Shown here in pieces: positions 60,115-64,000 of a stretch of 64,000 bases of DNA. The notes under the pieces are model-generated. The model did no database searches. It had not been told where the DNA came from and saw only the letters and a program-made list of their open reading frames with translations. Where the stretch lies: the NCBI GenBank assembly GCA_002753465.1, contig PEAF01000004.1, forward strand, positions 474 to 64,473, given 5' to 3'. Position 1 is the first letter of the stretch; the number at the start of each line of letters is the position of its first letter. Made by a program: the position numbers and the translations under genes. This stretch comes from Candidatus Omnitrophota bacterium (lineage in GTDB: Bacteria; Omnitrophota; Gorgyraeia; Zapsychrales; Fredricksoniimonadaceae).

Positions 60115-60621
60115 ATGAGAAAGTTTGCTATGGGGGTTATTTTAGCCGCAGGGATGATCGTTACGTTTAATGCTTCTTCGGTGTTTGCCCAGGAGAATAC
60201 GGATGATAAATTTTCGTTCGGTAAGGTTGTAAGCGTCACGAGCGCATCGATCGTTGTTAAAGAATATGATTTTGCTAAAGATGCTGATGTCGAAATGACT
60301 TATGCGGTTACAGCCGAAACAGAGTTAGGTAATGTTAATGCCGTTACAGATCTCGTGGCCAATGACGATGTCGTCATTGATTATGCTGACAAAGACAGTA
60401 AGCGCGTTGTTTTGACGCTTGTTAAAGAAGATAAGGGTGCAGAAGCTCCGGCAGCTGGTGAAGCGACAGAGCAGGCTCCGGCAGCGCCGGCAGCAGAGGC
60501 AGCTCCTGCGGAGGCTGCAGCGCCGGCAGCAGAGGCAGCTCCTGCGGAGGCTGTAGCGCCCGAAGCCCCCGTAGCTCCTAAGGCGTCAGTTAACGCCGAA
60601 GCTGCTCCGGTTCAGCCATAA
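60115..60621 (+). CDS. Secreted protein with an Ala/Pro/Glu-rich C-terminal tail
   Basis: Signal peptide MRKFAMGVILAAGMIVTFNASSVFA. Tail APAAPAAEAAPAEAAAPAAEAAPAEAVAPEAP. Confidence 0.55.
   Translation: MRKFAMGVILAAGMIVTFNASSVFAQENTDDKFSFGKVVSVTSASIVVKEYDFAKDADVEMTYAVTAETELGNVNAVTDLVANDDVVIDYADKDSKRVVLTLVKEDKGAEAPAAGEATEQAPAAPAAEAAPAEAAAPAAEAAPAEAVAPEAPVAPKASVNAEAAPVQP
60481..60552 (+). repeat. Perfect 36-bp tandem duplication inside the Ala/Pro/Glu tail
   Basis: gcagcgccggcagcagaggcagctcctgcggaggct occurs twice back to back (60481-60516 and 60517-60552). Confidence 0.85.
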
Positions 60622-60685
60622 TTCTCTAAGTGAGTAAGTCCCTTAAATGGGAGAGTAGAAACAAGACACAACGAAAGAGACTCAA

Positions 60686-60928
60686 ATGAACAAGGGTAAA
60701 GTGAAGTGGTTTGATCGGAAGAAGGGGTATGGTTTTATCACTACAGCTGAAGGCAAGGATGTTTACGTGCATTACAGTGGCATTCAGGCCGATGGATTCA
60801 AGTACCTCGTTGATGGAGAGGAAGTTGAATTCGAAGTCCAGGAAGATTCACGCGGTCCTAAGGCCGTGAATGTGGTTCGTCTTAATCCGCCGCCTGAGAA
60901 GCCGCGCGGTAATCGTCAAGACGCTTAA
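60686..60928 (+). CDS. Cold-shock domain protein with a short basic C-terminal extension
   Basis: KGKVKWFDRKKGYGFI (RNP1-like) and DVYVHYS (RNP2-like). Confidence 0.9.
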   Translation: MNKGKVKWFDRKKGYGFITTAEGKDVYVHYSGIQADGFKYLVDGEEVEFEVQEDSRGPKAVNVVRLNPPPEKPRGNRQDA

Positions 60929-60951
60929 GTAGTAGCTTTAGAAATACTTAG

Positions 60952-60993
60952 AAGGGATGAAGGGCCTAATGGTTCTTCATCCCTTTTCTTTTT
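60952..60993 (+). terminator. Rho-independent terminator
   Basis: aagggatgaag-(loop)-cttcatccctt followed by ttctttttt-type T-run. Confidence 0.7.
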
Positions 60994-61111
60994 ACATTCC
61001 CTGTTTTGGCATTTCCTTTAGTAATAGTTTATATTTATATATGTGGTTTTAGTCATTCAAAGAGATATATGTAAGATCGGCGTGTGCAATGTTCCAATGT
61101 TAAAGGGTATT

Positions 61112-64000
61112 ATGCGTAAGATCCTGGTATTTATTATTTTAGCGACTTTTATCACGAATGTTTTCGTGCCGCCATCTTGTGCCCAGATACTGATGTCACA
61201 TCCGGGGGAAATGGTGGCTTTAAGCCAGACCTTCCGGCCGTCCCTGTTGACGGGCGTGAAGATCTATGCCCATGATCCGTTCCGGATTGATTTTATTATG
61301 GACAGGGGGGACGAGGGCAAGAGTGTCGATGCGAATCGTCTTGTTAAATATTTTCTTGCGTCTTTAGCTGTTCCTGAAAAAGACCTATGGGTCAATTTGT
61401 CGCCCTATGAGAAAGATCGCATTGTACCTGCAGCCTTTGGCCAGACTGAAATGGGGCGGGATCTTTTAGCACAGGATTATTTTCTAAAGCAGCTGACAGC
61501 GAGTTTAATGTACCCCGAGGGTGATTTAGGCAAGAAGTTTTGGTCTGAAGTTTACCGCCAGGCGCAGGCTAAATTCGGAACAACGGATATTCCTGTCGAT
61601 ACGTTTAATAAGGTCTGGATCACACCAGCTAAGGTTGAGGTTTTTGAGAATAAGGGTGTGGCGTATGTGGTCGATGCAAAATTAAAGGTGATGCTGGAAG
61701 CGGATTATGTATCGATGGGCAATACGGTGGGTGTAGGGGAGGACCTTGTGTCCTCACCAAAAAGGGCGGACATAAAGTCCGCCCCTACACAAAACATGAC
61801 ACAGGCGCTTATCCGTCAGATCATTCTTCCTGCACTGGAAAAAGAAGTTAACGAAGGAAAAAGTTTTACTCAACTCCGTCAGGTTTATAACTCACTGATC
61901 CTGGCCACATGGTTCAAACGAAAAGTAATTCAATCCGACCTGTGGCGAAATTATGCCGACCAGAATAAAGTCGTCGGGATAAATATTGCCGACCCGCAGG
62001 AATCAGGGAAGATCTGGGTGAAGTACGTCGAAGCGTTCAAGAAAGGCGCTTATAATTTTATCAAGGAAGAGAAGGATGCGGCTTCGGGTGACGTTGTGCC
62101 GCGTAAATATTTCTCCGGCGGGTTTGATATGGCGCAGGTAGGCTCATTGATGAGCATTGTCAAAAAGATCGAACCCAAAAAGATGGCGGCACAAGGCCAT
62201 GCCGATAATATGCTGGTCAATATTAAGATCATGCCGTATTCAGTTAAGCCCCAAAAGCGTACGGCCTCCGCTGGGGATATGGCGCAGCAGCAGGCCTATG
62301 CCATCTTGCGGAGGGCTGAAAATGCCTACCGCAACATTTATCAGGAACCTGAGTTGTTTGATCTATTGCCTGGGAGTAAGTTTAATCAGGGCAAGCAGAC
62401 ATTTTCATTGGTTGAGAATGTTCGCGAAGCGATTTATAAAGGGCTGGTTAATCTTGCGAAGATATCCGAACAAAGGACCGCAGATGCCGATCTGCTTAAA
62501 TGTTTCTTCGGGATAAGTGGTTCGTTAAATTATTTGCGTGAACGTGATGGGACGGTTTATTGGGACGGCGTGAACGATCTGGATATTATCATTTCTTTGC
62601 CGTATCCATTGTCAGACAGCAGCAAGAATGTCATTACACAGGAAATATCCAAAGTTTTGGAAGGTCAGGGAATAAATATTTCTTATCATGCGGTTTTTCT
62701 AGATACGTTTGGTTCTGGTTACCGTAACAATATAGATTGGTTGTATGCTAACTTTTCAGACACCACGTATTTCAGGCTGGATAACAAGGCTCCGCTTAAG
62801 AAGGCTTTTGATGTTTTGAACTACGGCAGGCTTGTGTTGCAGCAGTACGCTGAAATTTACGCGGGGATGGACAAGTATGTATCTTGGCACAGGTTGAGTG
62901 ATACGGCATCGCTGATGAAGGTTTTGAAACGCATCCTTGTTTTAGCCAGGCTGCGTGGTGATATGGAAATGGAGGCAGAGCTCTTCGATCTTATTAAGAA
63001 AGTGATCAAGGGGCAGGTTGATATTTCAACGGATGAATTTATCAAGAAAGTAGAGCAATATAAATCAAACGTCAGGCCGCACTTTAAAAGAGATGATGGT
63101 TCGTTGCATGCGCATTCGTATGTTCATGGGAAAAACATTTGGGATAGGGCTCAAACTTCTTTAATCGTGAACGAAGATATCTCCTTGGATTCTGAAAAAG
63201 CACAGACTTTAACCGGAGCACTGGCTGACCCAGAGTTAAGGTCGATCCCAGAATCCCAACGCCTTAAGATGATCGCCAAGGCTGGATTGGCGGCATTAAC
63301 AGCCGAAGAAGTTGCCCAACTAAATGAAATTATTCCGCAGTTTGATTGGAGGACCGCATCGTTGGTTCCTTGGACGGAGTGTGTAAGGGACGATCAAATG
63401 CAGCCAGTTCCCGAGAGTGAGAATCAGGTTGTTTATTGGGATAATTTGACGGCGGCGAGACGGGAATTCCTGGGGATGATCGTAAAGTTTGCATTGAAAC
63501 AGATCCCTGATGTTGAGGCATTCCGGAAGATACTGGAGGGGATTCATAAAAAGGTTTTGATCCACCGTGATGGCAGGGTTTACAGATCGGCTGACAATTT
63601 TGATATGAAGGAGGATGTGGCTAAAGGGTGGGCGGGAGTATTGATCAAGGAAGATATTAATTCTGCCAGGGTGCAGGAGTTATTTCAGTATTTTCAGCGG
63701 CTTGTTGATTTTGGGTTAACGCGCCCCAAGCTTGTGGCATGGATAGGGCAGGTTGGATTGATCTATCATAAGTTGATCTGGCAGAATTTGTTTTATTATG
63801 GCAATAATTCAATGGCGATGGACATTAACAATGGATTCTTGCGGTTTTTTCTTCCGTTGGGTATTTCCCATAATGAACTTGATCAGAAGGCACGCCGGTC
63901 ATCTGTTATCGATCCAAGGTTCATACCTGATTATGTGGCAAGGGTAAAGAGGACCAATTGGCGCGTCCCTTTTTATTTGGAGCAGACCATGGATCAGGCG
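61112..64000 (+). CDS. Large secreted protein of unknown function, 3'-truncated by the window edge (>963 aa)
   Basis: My translation from ATG 61112 stays open to base 64000 (2889 nt, 963 codons). Signal peptide MRKILVFIILATFITNVFVPPSCA. Absent from the ORF track, presumably because no stop lies in the window. Confidence 0.7.
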   Translation, partial: MRKILVFIILATFITNVFVPPSCAQILMSHPGEMVALSQTFRPSLLTGVKIYAHDPFRIDFIMDRGDEGKSVDANRLVKYFLASLAVPEKDLWVNLSPYEKDRIVPAAFGQTEMGRDLLAQDYFLKQLTASLMYPEGDLGKKFWSEVYRQAQAKFGTTDIPVDTFNKVWITPAKVEVFENKGVAYVVDAKLKVMLEADYVSMGNTVGVGEDLVSSPKRADIKSAPTQNMTQALIRQIILPALEKEVNEGKSFTQLRQVYNSLILATWFKRKVIQSDLWRNYADQNKVVGINIADPQESGKIWVKYVEAFKKGAYNFIKEEKDAASGDVVPRKYFSGGFDMAQVGSLMSIVKKIEPKKMAAQGHADNMLVNIKIMPYSVKPQKRTASAGDMAQQQAYAILRRAENAYRNIYQEPELFDLLPGSKFNQGKQTFSLVENVREAIYKGLVNLAKISEQRTADADLLKCFFGISGSLNYLRERDGTVYWDGVNDLDIIISLPYPLSDSSKNVITQEISKVLEGQGINISYHAVFLDTFGSGYRNNIDWLYANFSDTTYFRLDNKAPLKKAFDVLNYGRLVLQQYAEIYAGMDKYVSWHRLSDTASLMKVLKRILVLARLRGDMEMEAELFDLIKKVIKGQVDISTDEFIKKVEQYKSNVRPHFKRDDGSLHAHSYVHGKNIWDRAQTSLIVNEDISLDSEKAQTLTGALADPELRSIPESQRLKMIAKAGLAALTAEEVAQLNEIIPQFDWRTASLVPWTECVRDDQMQPVPESENQVVYWDNLTAARREFLGMIVKFALKQIPDVEAFRKILEGIHKKVLIHRDGRVYRSADNFDMKEDVAKGWAGVLIKEDINSARVQELFQYFQRLVDFGLTRPKLVAWIGQVGLIYHKLIWQNLFYYGNNSMAMDINNGFLRFFLPLGISHNELDQKARRSSVIDPRFIPDYVARVKRTNWRVPFYLEQTMDQA
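61731..61790. repeat. Compound palindromic mini-element embedded in frame in the large ORF
   Basis: gtgtaggggaggac-cttgt-gtcctc-accaaaaa-gggcggac-ataaa-gtccgcccctacac. Two hairpins flanked by gtgtagggg / cccctacac. Encodes GVGEDLVSSPKRADIKSAPT. Confidence 0.7.

Noticed and set aside
62157-62516. 119-aa plus-strand ORF, plus short minus-strand ORFs between 62050 and 63565
   Set aside because: They lie in alternative frames within the 963-codon open frame that starts at 61112.
1-64000. Checked for CRISPR arrays, tRNA/rRNA genes, IS elements, integrases, prophage or defence-system genes
   Set aside because: I noticed no regularly spaced direct repeats, no cloverleaf-like sequence in any spacer longer than 100 nt, and no transposase, integrase or nuclease-type ORFs. 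This rests on visual inspection only.

Overview
Read by eye with the ORF track. This is a gene-dense, almost entirely plus-strand segment from an anaerobic diderm bacterium of an uncultured-looking lineage. I saw no rRNA, tRNA, CRISPR array, transposase or integrase.
Layout:
(i) 1-20.97 kb: a large surface-glycan/LPS-type cluster with a GDP-sugar theme. It holds a split TPP enzyme, Fcl/ColC-like and Rmd-like SDRs, hddA/hddC/gmhB heptose genes, one ColD-like His-type and one Lys-type DegT enzyme, two GT9, two GT2, two GT4, three SAM methyltransferases, an MsbA-like exporter, a GT-C membrane transferase and a GT28.
(ii) 20.98-35.3 kb: a PriA-like gene with degenerate helicase motifs next to fmt, envelope proteins, an O-antigen-ligase/TPR protein, an orphan HprK/PEPCK-fold protein, msrA, an SPFH protein, transporters and a membrane-fused spermidine-synthase-like protein.
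(iii) 35.4-37.75 kb: the only minus-strand operon (FMN-bind/NapH-like FeS membrane protein, a 67-aa mini-protein, an AmmeMemoRadiSam-type radical SAM enzyme).
(iv) 37.9-43.8 kb: system II cytochrome c maturation genes, a monohaem and an octahaem cytochrome, and a ~700-aa outer-membrane beta-barrel. Together these are a candidate porin-cytochrome electron conduit.
(v) 43.9-48.4 kb: a NuoE/HndB/NuoF/HydA bifurcating-type [FeFe]-hydrogenase operon.
(vi) 48.6-54.7 kb: the H-cluster maturation cluster (TM1266-like protein, aspA, hydF, hydG, hydE).
(vii) rex, a radical-SAM/nrdD/nrdG operon with candidate NrdR boxes, azoR, an Ala/Pro/Glu-rich secreted protein and csp.
(viii) 61.1 kb to the window edge: a >960-aa secreted ORF that is absent from the ORF track because it has no stop in the window.
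The most noteworthy non-genic signals are two. First, a family of ~100-150-nt hairpin-forming intergenic elements with compensatory base changes fills every spacer of the hydF/hydG/hydE cluster, with one more copy in the glycan cluster. Second, a 45-bp inverted-repeat pair (40/45 by hand alignment) brackets the TM1266-like/aspA pair.
All functional calls rest on motifs and recalled family knowledge; no database search was possible.
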